Shown: piece after piece, positions 1-12,022 of the stretch
Layout of the letters: each line of letters opens with the position of its first letter
How positions within the stretch are numbered: position 1 is the first letter of the stretch
Source: Octopus vulgaris
Taxonomy: Eukaryota
Reading direction: 5' to 3'
Length of the DNA: 64,000 bases
Assembly: GCA_951406725.2 (NCBI GenBank)
Contig: OX597838.1
Location: 3,348,001-3,412,000 of the forward strand
The notes under the pieces: generated by a model
What the model was told of the DNA's origin: nothing
The model's database searches: none
Seen by the model: only the letters and a program-made list of their open reading frames with translations
Program-made: the position numbers and the translations under genes

Positions 1-434
1 TCTTTGTATACTTTGGCTTGCTACCAATAAGGACCAGTGCATTGATTTGTGTGGGTGCCTCATGCATCATAGTTTAATTCTGAGCTACGTATGCTGTGGC
101 TTGCTGTCATTACTATAGGGCTCAGCGCACTGATTTGTGTGGCGTAATGATCAGAATCTGGGTCATCTTTCAGAACATACAAAGTTGGACCTCTCTCTAT
201 AACTAACATCCTGTGTTACACGAGTAAGGTCAGCATCTGGAACATACTTTTGCTTGTAAGAGCAGCCAAGCCAAAGAGAGGATAGGGGAGAGCCTTTACA
301 CAGTTGCTTGATCTGCTACAAACAACAGCCCGACACTCTCAAATCACACACACGCACTGCAGCATCCTAAAAAGGAGATGAGCTCTTATACACTGAGGAT
401 AATGTAATCCTAGCTGAAGGCAGAGTGTGAGGGT

Positions 435-786
435 TGTCCTAAGATGTAGTGGACCTCGTCCAGGGATACAAAACAGGTCCTGTCCTAAGATGAAGTGGTC
501 AACTGGCAGAAACGTTAGCATGCCGGGCGAAATGCTTAGCAGTATTTTGTCTGCTGTTATGTTCCGAGTTCAAATTCCGCCAAGGTCAACTTAGCATTTC
601 ATCCTTTCGGGGGTCGATGTAATCGATTTAATACATTTGTCTGTCCCCTCTATGTTTAGCCCCTTGTGGGCAATAAAGTAATAAGTGGACCTTGTCCAGA
701 GATACACAGCGGGCTCTGTTGTAGGATGTTGTGGGCCTTGTCCAGAGAAACAAGACAGGTCCTGCTGTAAGATATAGTGGGGCCTA
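435..786. repeat. Minisatellite of about 43-44-bp units, interrupted by SINE A
   Basis: Units agtggacc(t/c)tgtccagagatacaa...caggtcctg...aagat occur on both sides of 497-683. Confidence 0.6.
497..683 (+). mobile_element. tRNA-derived SINE family A
   Basis: ctggcagaaacgttagc...gagttcaaattccgcc (B box), core catcctttcggggtcgat, tail tttagccccttgtggg. Confidence 0.8.
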
Positions 787-1161
787 CCCACAGACAACTA
801 TTATCCAATAAGTAGCTAATCCCTGCCACCCCCCCACCCACATTTATCATTCTTCAGCTTGTTATTGGGTCATGACATTCCCCTCTTTCAAGAAGAGAAT
901 CACGAAAAAAATTTCAAGTGGACCAATATCATGCCACCAAGATCAGATTTCTATCCTTGTACATACACTGACCTAAAAAAAAAAAAAGAAAAAAAAGAAA
1001 AAAAAAACCGTCTCCAATCATGGCCATCACGATTGAGAATGATTTAGTAGGCTGTATCATGATTTTCTAATTAATGTAATTAATTGAAGTGCCTGTGTGG
1101 TCATGATCAGACAAAGAGGCATTCTTTTAGCCCTCTTATCCTTCATCTGACAGAACACAAA

Positions 1162-1205
<44 letters not shown>

Positions 1206-1555
1206 AAGAGAGATATGCACTAACCCTGGGATAGTACTTGACTGACCATAAATAGATGAACTTAAAGGGTGTTTGAACATGGGTTGCAGAGGAGTGGAAC
1301 AATGCGTTGTAATAGATGGGTTTTATGCACTTATACACACACAGACAAGTGGATTTTTTGAAATTTTCTGTTGCTTCCTTTTTTTTTTCTTTCCTTCTAT
1401 TATAGACATAAGGCCTGAAATTTGTATGAAAAGGGGCTAATTTCATTCTAAAAAAAAACACTTACATCGAAATCTCAAATCTGGGAGATAATGTAGGATT
1501 AATTCAAAACAATGTGAAGCAATAAGCATTTGATGCTGGGTAATCTGAATATTAA

Positions 1556-1739
1556 ATTTTGTTACCAACCCAGCTGGAACTGCCTCTGGCTTTGTAGTAC
1601 AAATGTCTTGTTTTCCTAAGTTTTGGATTAAAATCTTCCACCAAACCCTAGTCACAATTCATGTTCCTAACACTAGCTTAATAGTAACTAAATTATTTTA
1701 CTAAATACTTTGTTACATATAAATACAGTAAAGAAAGGG
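1556..1739. mobile_element. piggyBac-type MITE family E, degenerate
   Basis: ttttgttaccaacc...gtacaaatgtcttgtttt...aaagggttaa. Confidence 0.7.
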
Positions 1740-2130
1740 TTAAAGCACATCTTGAAAACCACAGATTAAGGCAATGTCTTGGAGAAGGACGCAAGAAACA
1801 TTCAGGAATCTCCAGGCAGTTCAAGATTAAAGCATATTCTTTTAGTGAATCAGGTGAAAATTAAGGCACATTTTGGTGGATAATGGAATAAGATTAAAGC
1901 ACACTTGCTAGAATTGGGCAAAAATTAAGGCAGATTTTGGAAGATTAAGGATTAAGATTAAAACATTGAAGGGAATTGGGTAGAATTTAGAGCACGTTCT
2001 GAGGGATTAAAGATTAAGAGTAAAGGTTATAATTAAAGTACATTTTTAAGAGAATCATGTAGAGATTAAGGCACATATTGTGGGGGTAGCATCTCTCAAG
2101 AAAACAAAGGATAGCAAATTAAGGCACCAC
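1738..2130. repeat. Degenerate minisatellite of about 30-35-bp units, core RATTAAGGCACATT
   Basis: About eleven occurrences of attaa(g/a)gca-like cores at semi-regular spacing. Confidence 0.6.
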
Positions 2131-2952
2131 TCAAATGGGCCAGAAATGGGATACAAATTCAGGCCTCAGACTCAGAAGTGGTTTGTCTAAGGCATGATAG
2201 ATACTGTTTCCTTTCTCTGCATCCCACCCCCAAACAACTACTATGGGGTGGGGACAGGGCAGGTGGCAGGGAGGGAGAGGGGGTGCAGCATGGAAACTGC
2301 ACCCTCTCCCCTCTCCCCACCCACCCAGGATTGTTCTTCGTAGCCCAGCTGCTTTGTAGGCAGAGTTAAGGGCACAGATTGGTTGTAAACAAAACAATAA
2401 AGGAAATAAAAAAAAAAAAAAAGGGGGCCCCCAGTTACATAGAGCAAGTAATCAGCAAGTGGGTGGATCCCTGACACAAATTCCAAGCGATATAGAATAA
2501 CATGGGGGTGTGTGGGGGGTGGGGGGGTGAAGAAGGGTCGGAGTGTGCAGTGTAACAGGGGTGGTGGTGGTGGTGGTGGAAGAGGAGAGAAAGGAAGAAA
2601 AGTGTGTCAGGAGCAGAAGTAGGGCACACTGTGTGTGTGTGTGTTTGTGTGGAGGATGGGAAGCAGGCAGGCCCAGTAAGGTGGGGAGGTCATGGTAGGA
2701 ACAGTTACAAGATTTGCTGGAGAAATCAAAGCTGAATTCCTCAAGAGGAGTGTGTGTATGCATACCTGTGTGTGTGTGCATGAGAGTCAGCGTGTGTGTG
2801 CATGCCTGCATGTTAATTTCTGCATGTGTGTGTGTGTGTGTGCGCACGAGAAGTCTACATGTGCCAGTGTGTGTGTCTGCATATGCACTTGTGTTTAAAC
2901 CTAGACATGTGTATATATGTGTATGTACATGCATGAATGGTGTATATACATG

Positions 2953-3012
<60 letters not shown>

Positions 3013-3130
3013 ATAAACATAGAAACACACACACACACATGTATGTATATGTATATAACATGTACGCGTGCAGTGGAAATGTGCAAGTATTTCATATTTC
3101 TGCATATAACTTTGCACATTTTAATATGTT

Positions 3131-3490
3131 CTTTTCTACTCTAGGCACAAGGCCCAAAATTTTGGGGGAGAGGGCTAGTTGATAAGATCTACCCCAGTAC
3201 GCAACTGGTACTTAATTTATTGACCCCGAGAGGATGAAAGGCAAAGTTGACCGTTGCAGAATTTGAACTCAGAACGTAAAGACAGACGAAATACTGCTAA
3301 GCATTTCGTCCGACGTGATAACATTTCTGCCAGCCAGCTGCCTTATATTCTTTTCTACTCTAAGCACAAGGCCTGGAACTTTTGGGGGGAGGGGGCCAGT
3401 CAATTAGGTCAACCCCCAGTACGCAACTGGTACTTAATTTATCGACCCCGAAAGGATGAAAGGCAAAAGTTGACCTTGGCAGAATTGAAT
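3131..3490 (-). mobile_element. Two tandem SINE family A copies (second partial)
   Basis: Two consecutive units ctaggcacaaggcc...ctggtacttaatttatcgaccccgaaaggatgaaaggcaaag...gaatttgaactcag. Confidence 0.8.
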
Positions 3491-4118
3491 TGTGTCCCTG
3501 TTTGGGGAAATTGACGATATTTTCACCGTCTTTATGGAAGCATTTTTGTTAAAATGCCTTCGATAGAAGAAAGTCCAAAAATGAATTTCGCTGCAGCCGT
3601 ACACTTCTATACAAGAGGGAGGAGAAGATCCAATTGATCGAAATTGCAAGAGACGGGCCTACAATTCCAGTCTGTTATATATTTTGAGTATTGTTATCAC
3701 TAGCGATATCAAGATATAACTTTGTATTTTATGTGTAGATGTATATATATATATAGATGTACATGTTAATATGTACATATATATATATACACATATATAC
3801 ATGCATAATATATCTACCCATACACACATATGCACACACACACACACATACATAGGGGCAGGTGTGGCTGTGTGGTAACAAACTACATTCCAAACACATG
3901 GTCCTGGGTTCAGTCCCACTGTGGTGACTTGGTATGTGTCTTCTGCTGTAGCCTCAGACCAACAAAAGCCTTCTCAGTGGATTTTGTACATATATACAGG
4001 CATACATACATATATATACATGCATACGTACATATTCGGCATAAACACTCTACCACTACAACTAATAACTGTTGGGAACACTTTCAAACCTGCCTTACAT
4101 TCGAACCGGAATCTCAAC

Positions 4119-5900
4119 GCCTGAGTCTTCCATCTGAAGTTAATCTCTCTCATGGAGCTCATACAAAAAGGGCAAGTCTTTGGGCCCATACAATGTGACA
4201 TGTACACAATCGAGTGGCAAAAAAGGGGCCTTCCACATGCTCATATCCTGCTTTGGCTCTCAGTGAAGATCAATTCCAATGACATCTACAAGATAATCTC
4301 TGCAGAGCTTCCTGATCCAGCTTTAGACAAAGAACTATACGAAATAGTTAAAGCAAACATGGTACATGGTCCATGTGGGCATGGATTCAACATAAACTCA
4401 CCATGCTTGAAGGACAACATATGTTCAAAAAGATTTCCAAGGAGGTTCCTACAAGAAACTCAGACAGGTGCTGATGGGTATCCATCATAGAGACGCAGAA
4501 AACCAGAAGACGGAGGTTTCACAGCAACTATCGGACAGCACGATATTGATAATAGATGGATTGTTCCATACTGCCCACTCCTGTCAAAGACTTTCAATGC
4601 CCACATCAACGTTGAGTTTTGCAACTCCGTTAAATCCATCAAGTACGTTTGCAAATATGTAAACAAGGATTCTGACGCTGCAATGTTTGGACTTCAACAA
4701 GAATACTGCCAGGATGAGGTGACGCATTATCATGTGGGACGGTACATAAGTAGCAACGAGGCTTTCTGGCGCATCTTTGGCTTTCCAAATCACCAACGAC
4801 ACCCCGCCATTCAACAGCTTGCAGTGCACCTGGAAAATGGTCAAAGAGTGTACTTCACCGATGCTAATGCTTCTCTGTTGGCAGAGGAACCAAGGGATAG
4901 CACACTCACTGCATTCTTCAAGCTTTGTCAAGTGGATCCATTCACTCAAACCTTGCTGTATCCACAGATTCCATCGTACTACACTTGGAATGGAAAAAAA
5001 TGGGCCCCACGGAAAGCCGGTCAAAATGTTCATGGATACCCTGGCATTAAGTTTCACACTTGCCTTGGGCGAGTATACACAGTGCATCCCACTCAACAAG
5101 AGTGCTTCTACCTTCGTCTACTACTGTATGAAGTCAGAGGGCCAACATCTTTCCAGGCCCTAAAAACTGTTCATGGACATGTCTGCACAACATACAGAGA
5201 AGCCTGCTATCGACAAGGTCTGTTAGAAGATGGTGCACAATGGGATGCAACTTTAGGAGAGGCTGCTTTATCACAATCACCTAAAAGTCTCAGGGCACTA
5301 TTTGCAGTATTACTACAGGCATGCGAACTGTGTGATCCGGCCACTCTATGGCTCAAATATAGAGACAACCTGGCTGAAGACTTTCAGCGCCAAGCTCAAC
5401 TGCTCTATCCTGACATGGAGGGTATCAGCAATGAAATCTATAACAAAACACTCATTGACATTGAAGACAGAATTGCTAAACTGGGTGGAAATGAATTGTC
5501 GACGTATGGCCTGCCACAAGCATTCAGGTCAGGGTCAAATAGCCTTCCCACTGCTGTCATTCGTGAAACAACCTACGACACTCAAGCGCTTTCAAAGTAC
5601 ATTGTTGAAAATGAGCCTAAACTACTTCCGGACCAGCTGCAGGCCTACAGAACTATTCTTAACAATGTACGCCAACGCGAGGGACGAATCTTCTTCCTCG
5701 GTGCTCCTGGTGGGACAGGAAAAACATTTATTACAAAGCTTCTCCTTGCAGAAGTTAGGCAGCATCAGGACATTGCAGTAGCTGTAGCCTCCTCTGGCAT
5801 TGTAGCTACTTTGTTACCCGGTGGTAGGACAGCACACTCAACTTTTAAAACTCTCTCTCAATTTAGCAGTATCCGAAATGCCTTGATGCACAAATATTTT
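4119..5900 (+). mobile_element. Helitron Rep/Pif1-helicase (RepHel) internal fragment, pseudogenised
   Basis: One reading frame runs across ORFs 4152-4490 and 4683-5915. It contains the HUH motif IEWQKRGLPHAHILLW, MVHGPCG, DGYPS*RRR, DNRWIVPY, HINVE, the catalytic tyrosines KYVCKYVNK, Walker A GAPGGTGKT and the Pif1 motif AVASSGIVATLLPGGRTAHSTFK. Lesions are stops at 4122-4124 and 4488-4490 and a frameshift near 5850. No termini seen. Confidence 0.93.
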
Positions 5901-6260
5901 CTAAAGAAGTTCTAGAAGTTCCTGAGCATGGATTTGTATGGGTAAAGTGCTGCACAGAATTGAACCCACTTCATAGTGCAATAAAACCAACGGCACAAGA
6001 GAAGCAGAGACAACCAGAAACCAACTACATTTCGAAGGAAGTTCTAGCTACAACTAAGGGCCTTTCGCTCCCAGTCAGTCACGTGCTAATTAACCCTTAG
6101 CTGGGACCCTAACAGGTGCTACTACTAAGGGTCAGAGTAGATCTGGGAAGAACAGTGGCTAAGAGTGGGGTTCCACACTCCTCAAAAGCCTGGAACTCTC
6201 ACAACTGCAGCCTCACTACAAATGAAGTTTAAACTCAAACACAGGACATACATACACATT

Positions 6261-6319
<59 letters not shown>

Positions 6320-6322
<3 letters not shown>

Positions 6323-6711
6323 TGGCTGTGTGGTAAGTAGCTTGCTAACCAACCACATGGTTCCGGGTTCAGTCCCACTGCGTGGCATCTTGGGCAAGTG
6401 TCTTCTGCTATAGCCCCGGGCCGACCAATGCCTTGTGAGTGGATTTGGTAGACGGAAACTGAAAGAAGCCTGTCGTATATATGTATATATATATATATAT
6501 AAGTGTGTGTGTATATGTTTGTTCCCCTAGCATTGCTTGACAACCGATGCTGGTGTGTTTACGTCCCCGTCACTTAGCGGTTCGGCAAAAGACCGATAGA
6601 ATAAGTACTGGGCTTACAAAGAATAAGTCCCGGGGTCGATTTCCTCAACTAAAGGCGGTGCTCCAGCATGGCCACAGTCAAATGACTGAAACAAGTAAAA
6701 GAGCAAAAGAG
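6320..6711 (+). mobile_element. tRNA-derived SINE family B (CORE-like segment), full length
   Basis: gagtggctgtgtggtaag (A box), gggttcagtccc (B box), cttgggcaagtgtctt CORE-like motif, internal (TA/TG)n, tail gcatggccacagtcaaatgactgaaacaagtaaaagag. Confidence 0.88.
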
Positions 6712-7336
6712 TATATACACATATATATATGCATACACAGAGACATATTTCTGTCTATATATGTATGTGTGTGTGTGTGTGTATAGGGGAGAAAGAAAAA
6801 ATGCTCAACCTAAAAATTAAAATAAAATCCGAGGAGGTTCCTACCTCCTCCACCACCACCAGTCATAGCACCATTTATCTTCCTCATCAGCATCATCATC
6901 GTTGGCCATGTTAATTACCACATCACCCCATCCCAAAGTAATCTGACCCCGTGGCATAGTTTCCAAAGTATGGTTGTGGTTTTAGTGAGTTTCTTCGTTA
7001 ATGTCACTTTGCAACATAATGAGACTAGATTTCTCTGGTGTAAATATCATTGGACAATTTTCACTGACATATGATAGCCAGCCATCACCATTATTATTAT
7101 TATCATCATCATCATCATCATCACTAATAAATGGCAAGTGTGCATGCACATACAAAATTACACACACACACACACACTACTTTCCAAGAGCACGTTGAGG
7201 GTGGATGGGGGCAAGGGACTGGCATCAAAGCACTTATGCGACCACATTACTTAACTTGGACTAACATGATAAAAGTATAACATTTCAAGAACACACACCA
7301 TAAAAAAATAAAAAATACAGAAAGAAAATGATAGTC

Positions 7337-7373
<37 letters not shown>

Positions 7374-7399
7374 TAATAATAATAATAATGATAATAATT

Positions 7400-8365
7400 C
7401 TATTTCTTTACTACCAACAAGGGGCTTACACACAGAGGGGACAAACGGATTAAGTTGATTATATCGACCCCAGTGCGTAACTGGTACTTATTTAATCGAC
7501 CCCGAAAGGATGAAAGGCAAAGTCGACCTCGGCGGAATTTGAACTCAGAACGTAGCAGCAGACGAAATACGGCTACGCATTTCGCCCGGCGTGCTAACGA
7601 TTCTGCCAGCTCGCCGCCTTAAATGACTTCACATTTTTGGTACATGGCTAGCAATTTTTTTAGGAAATGGAGATTATTTAGAACATTTAGAGCATTGACC
7701 CCCCCGAAAGGATGAGAGGCAAAAATGCCCTCAGTAGAATTTGAACTCAGAACGTAGCGACAGATGAAATACTGCTAAGCATTCTGCCTGGCGTGCTAAC
7801 GTTTCTGCCAGCTCACCACCTTCATAATAATAATCATCATCCATTCTACTAAGGCCTGAAATCTGGGAAAGGGACCAGTATTTCACTGGTACTTAATTTA
7901 TCGATCCTAAAAGGATCAAAGGCAATAATAATAATAATAACAATTCTTTCCACTAAAAGGGGCAAAGCCTAAAGTTTTGTAGGGAGGAGACAAGTTGATT
8001 ACATCAAACCCCAATGTTTCACTGGTACTCAATCTATCGACTCTGAAAGGATGAAAGGCTGAGTCAACCTTGGCAGAAACGTTAGCACACCGGGCGAAAT
8101 GCTCAGCAGTTTTTCATCTGTCTTTACGTTCTGAGTTCAAATTCTGCCAAGGTCAACTTTGCCTTTCATCCTTTCGGGGGTCGATAAATTAAGTACCAGT
8201 TACGCACTGGGTCGATGTAATCGACTTAATCCATTTGTCTGTCCTTGTTTGTCCCCTCTATGTTTAGCCCCTGGTGGGCAATAAAGAAATAAGAATGTAA
8301 CGACTGATGAAATACCGCTAAGTATTTTGCCCACCATTGTAACAATTCTGCCAGTTGGCCATCTT
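7400..8365. mobile_element. Cluster of SINE family A copies (7400-7618 minus near-consensus; about 7630-7822 minus; fragments; 8071-8293 plus)
   Basis: The core ggatgaaaggcaaagtcgacctcggcggaatttgaactcagaacg recurs, with copies separated by (AAT)n. Confidence 0.85.
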
Positions 8366-8377
8366 AATGATAATAAT

Positions 8378-8755
8378 AAGAGCACTCAGAGACCCCAAAC
8401 CTCCACCAAGGCAACACCAACTTCCTCTCAACAAATTAGTGAGAGAAGATTTTTAAAATGAGAATATCTGAAATAAACTCGACTGCTCTCACAAATGAGA
8501 ATACTAAAAATGAACCCAACCGCTTTCAAACATTAAGTGAAAAAAAAACAAAAAAACAGGAAAAATAATCCAGAATCGTTGTCTGGTACTGGATCAATTG
8601 CCAAATCTAATCAGTTTGTGCCAGTCATGAGGCCAAATATCCCTGAAAGTTTCACCTGAATCCATCCTGTGGTTCTTGAGATATTTTGTTCATGGACAAA
8701 CAAACAAATGCGACTGAAAACAATACTTCTGCCTTCACTAAGGCGGGGGTAATAA
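8378..8755 (-). mobile_element. Non-autonomous Helentron/DINE-1-like element (HINE type), copy 1
   Basis: Terminal hairpin tacttctgcctt-cact-aaggcgggggta (8724-8751), internal (GTTT)n/GTCC microsatellite, subterminal inverted ggtggagg and a small 3' hairpin, with TT/AAT flanks. A closely similar second copy lies at 14754. Confidence 0.65.
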
Positions 8756-8934
8756 TCCTTTCAACTATAGGCACAAGGCATAACATTTTGGGGAGAAGGG
8801 GATAGTTGACCCCTAGTGCTTAACCGGTACCTATTTTATCGGTCTCGAAGGGATGAGATGCAAAGTCGACCGCAGCAGAATTTGAACTCAGAACGTAAAG
8901 ACGCAGGAAATGCTAAGCATTTTGCCTGGCATTC

Positions 8935-9248
8935 TTTTATTAGTTTCAGTCATTTGGCTGTGGCCATGCTGGAGCACCACCTTTAGTTGAACAAACTGGC
9001 CCCAAGACTTATTCTTTCTAAGCCTGGTACTTATTCTATAGGTCTCTTTTGGCGAACTGCTAAGTTACAGGGACATAAACACACCAACATCGGTTGTCAA
9101 GCAATGGTGGGGGGGGGGACAAACACACACACACACACACAGACATGTATATATGACGAGCTTCTTTCAGTTTCCGTCTACCAAATCCACTCCCAAGGCT
9201 TTGGTTAGCCCGGGGCTATAGAAGACACTTGCCCAAGGGGCCATGCAA
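8935..9248 (-). mobile_element. SINE family B, 5'-truncated
   Basis: Reverse complement of the family B body and tail (gtttcagtcatttggctgtggccatgctggagcacc...agacacttgcccaagg). Confidence 0.82.
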
Positions 9249-9456
9249 GTGATTCTGTCAGTTTGTTACCTTAATAATAATACAAGGCTGACAATTCCAA
9301 GGGGAAAGGAAGTCGATTACATCATCCCCACTAGTTTTACTGGTACTTATTTTATTGACCCCAAAAAGATGAAAGGCAAAGTCAACCTCAATGGAATTTG
9401 AACTCAGAACGTAAAGACTGCTAAGCATTTTGCCCTGCATGCAATAATAATAATCT

Positions 9457-9855
9457 TATCTACTCTAGGCACAAGGCCCGAAATTTTTTTTTTTGGGGGG
9501 GGGCAGTCGATTAGATTGACCCCCAGTACACAACAGGTACATAATTTATCGACCCTGAAAGGATGAAAGGCAAAGTCAACCTTGGTGGAATTTGAACTCG
9601 GAACATAAAGACAGACAAAATACTTATTTCTTTACTACCCACAAGGGGCTAAACACAGAGAGGACAAACAAGGACAGACAAACGTATTAAGACGGTTATA
9701 TCGACCCCAGTACGTAACTGGTACTTAATTTATCGACCACGAAAGGATGAAAGGCAAAGTTGACCTCGGCGAAATTTGAACTCAGAACGTAACGGCAGAC
9801 GAAAAACTGCTAAGCATTTCGCTAAGCATGCTAACGATTCTGCCAACTCGCCGCC
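9457..9855 (-). mobile_element. Dimeric SINE family A (full unit plus head-truncated unit)
   Basis: Unit 1 (9623-9855) has the tRNA head and tail 1; unit 2 (9457-9622) restarts at gtattttgtctg and ends in tail 2. Confidence 0.8.
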
Positions 9856-10699
9856 ATAATTAATGATAATAATAATAATAATGGCATATGATTTAAGTAT
9901 AAGACTAATGATATTGAGGGGATGGGGTCAGTTAACACAATCAACCCCCAGCCCCAGTACCTGACTGCAGAGTGGTGCTGAACCCGAGAGAACATGGTTA
10001 CAAAGTAGGCTTCTTAACCAGATAGCCCACTGCCAGTGCATTAGATAGATAGACAGATAGATAGATAGAAGCAGTAAGGGTCAGATGGGAAATGCTGCTC
10101 CAGTGTAAGTTCTAAATAGAAGATATAAAGAAAGGTTTTGTCTGCTTCACCCATCCTCACTTCAATCACCCCCTCCACCCCACCCATCTTCATTTCTCCT
10201 GCTCTGTGTCATCATCTCTCTCCTCCGCCCACAACCACCTCCTATCACAGTAACACGAGCATGTGTATAAGGGCTTTACATATATATATATGATATATGT
10301 GCTTGCATAAATACATTTGCACGAATATATAAGTGGTTGGCACGAACATACATGCGCTTGTATATCTATCTGAGCATGTGCGTGTGTGTGTGTGCATGCG
10401 CGCACGCGCAAGTGTAAAAGTATGTACTTAAGTTTGCATGTTTGGATATGTGCTTGGAAGTGGCCATGTGCTTGTGTGTACACATGCACGCCAGCTTGTG
10501 CACTGTGTATGCATAAGTATATATGTGTGTGTGTGTGTATGTTTATATATATATATACACACACACATATATATATATACATACACACACATTATATATA
10601 TTTATATATATATATATATACACACACACAAATATATATACACATACACACACATATATATATATACACACACACACAAATATATATACACATACACAC

Positions 10700-10742
<43 letters not shown>

Positions 10743-10874
10743 TATATACATATATAATATTCACACATATATTTGCATGTATGCCTGGCTGTGTATAAGG
10801 CGTTTGTACTTGCCTGCATGTGTACATATATATTTGTATCGTGTATGTATGTATGTATGTCAAACTACGTGAGA

Positions 10875-10910
<36 letters not shown>

Positions 10911-11034
10911 AAGGGTGCGTGAGAGATGTAGACATCAGAGATAGTTCAAGGCAGAAGGCAGATCCGAACAAAGACACAGTATGTTGAAAATAGAAGGGTG
11001 AAGCAGGTTATCTGATGGATGTGATGATAGCAGC

Positions 11035-11075
<41 letters not shown>

Positions 11076-11190
11076 AAATGGTGGTGGTTGTGATATTGGT
11101 TGTCATAGTGGTGATGATAGTGTTGGTGGCAAAATGGCAGCCATTCTGGTTGTGATTGTGGCAATGGTGATGACAATAGTGGTAATTAAA

Positions 11191-11458
11191 GGCGGCGAGT
11201 TGGCAGAAACGTTAGCACGCCGGGCGAATTGCATAGCGGTATTTCGTCTGAGTTCAAATTCCGCCGAGGACGACTTTGCCTTTCATCCTTTCGGGGTCGA
11301 TTAAATAAGTACCTGTTATGCACTGGGGTCGATATAATCGACTTAATCCGTTTGTCTGTCCTTGTTTGTCCCCTCTGTGTTTAGCCCCTTGTGGGTAGTA
11401 AAGAAATAGGTATTTCGTCTGCTACTACGTTCTGAGTTCAAATTCCTCCGAGGTCGAC
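11191..11458 (+). mobile_element. SINE family A, young copy with start of second unit
   Basis: GGCGGCGAGTTGGCAGAAACGTTAGCACGCCGGGCG...GAGTTCAAATTCC...gcctttcatcctttcggggtcgat...gggtagtaaagaaatagg, then re-entry at tatttcgtctg. Confidence 0.88.
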
Positions 11459-11711
11459 ATGGCCAGTACCGGTGGCACATAAACTGTACTCATGCTAGTG
11501 ACACATAAAAAGCAAAGCACCTGGGACCCTGTAGAGGGGTTGGTGTTAAGATGGACATCCAGCTGTAGAAACCAAGCTGAAAGAGACTGGAGCCTGGTGC
11601 GGCTCTCTGGTTTATCAGATCCAGTCAAATCATCTAACCCATGCCAGCATGGAAAACAGATGCTAAACAACTATTATTATTATTATTACTATTATTATTA
11701 TTATTATTATT

Positions 11712-12022
11712 GAGTGAGAGAGCAGTTCATACCATCAAAGTGACACTGGGGTAAAATATACGAAGCCCAGTATACCCATCATGACTACCCGTCTGATAAG
11801 GGTACATCAGGCACATGCATCACAACCATGCGCGACATGGTGATCTCATATCAAGATAAACAGCGCATGACCTTGCAGGTGGGGCCCAGTTAGAATTTTC
11901 TTATGGTCGAGTAGCCCATCCTGCTCAAAAGCTCCCTGAATAAGGATCATTTAAGGATGTTGAACGAAACACCCATGTTTCCAGAGGTGAATTATTCAAA
12001 CCCCAAAGAATCCCTCTCAACA
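11712..12022 (-). mobile_element. Unclassified retroposon fragment with (AAT)n tail
   Basis: A GC-balanced block of about 310 nt whose minus-strand 3' end runs into (AAT)n; single copy in the window. Confidence 0.35.

Noticed and set aside
4584-5781. Alternative-frame and antisense ORFs 4584-5099, 4777-5163 and 5302-5781
   Set aside because: Shadows of the Helitron RepHel frame.
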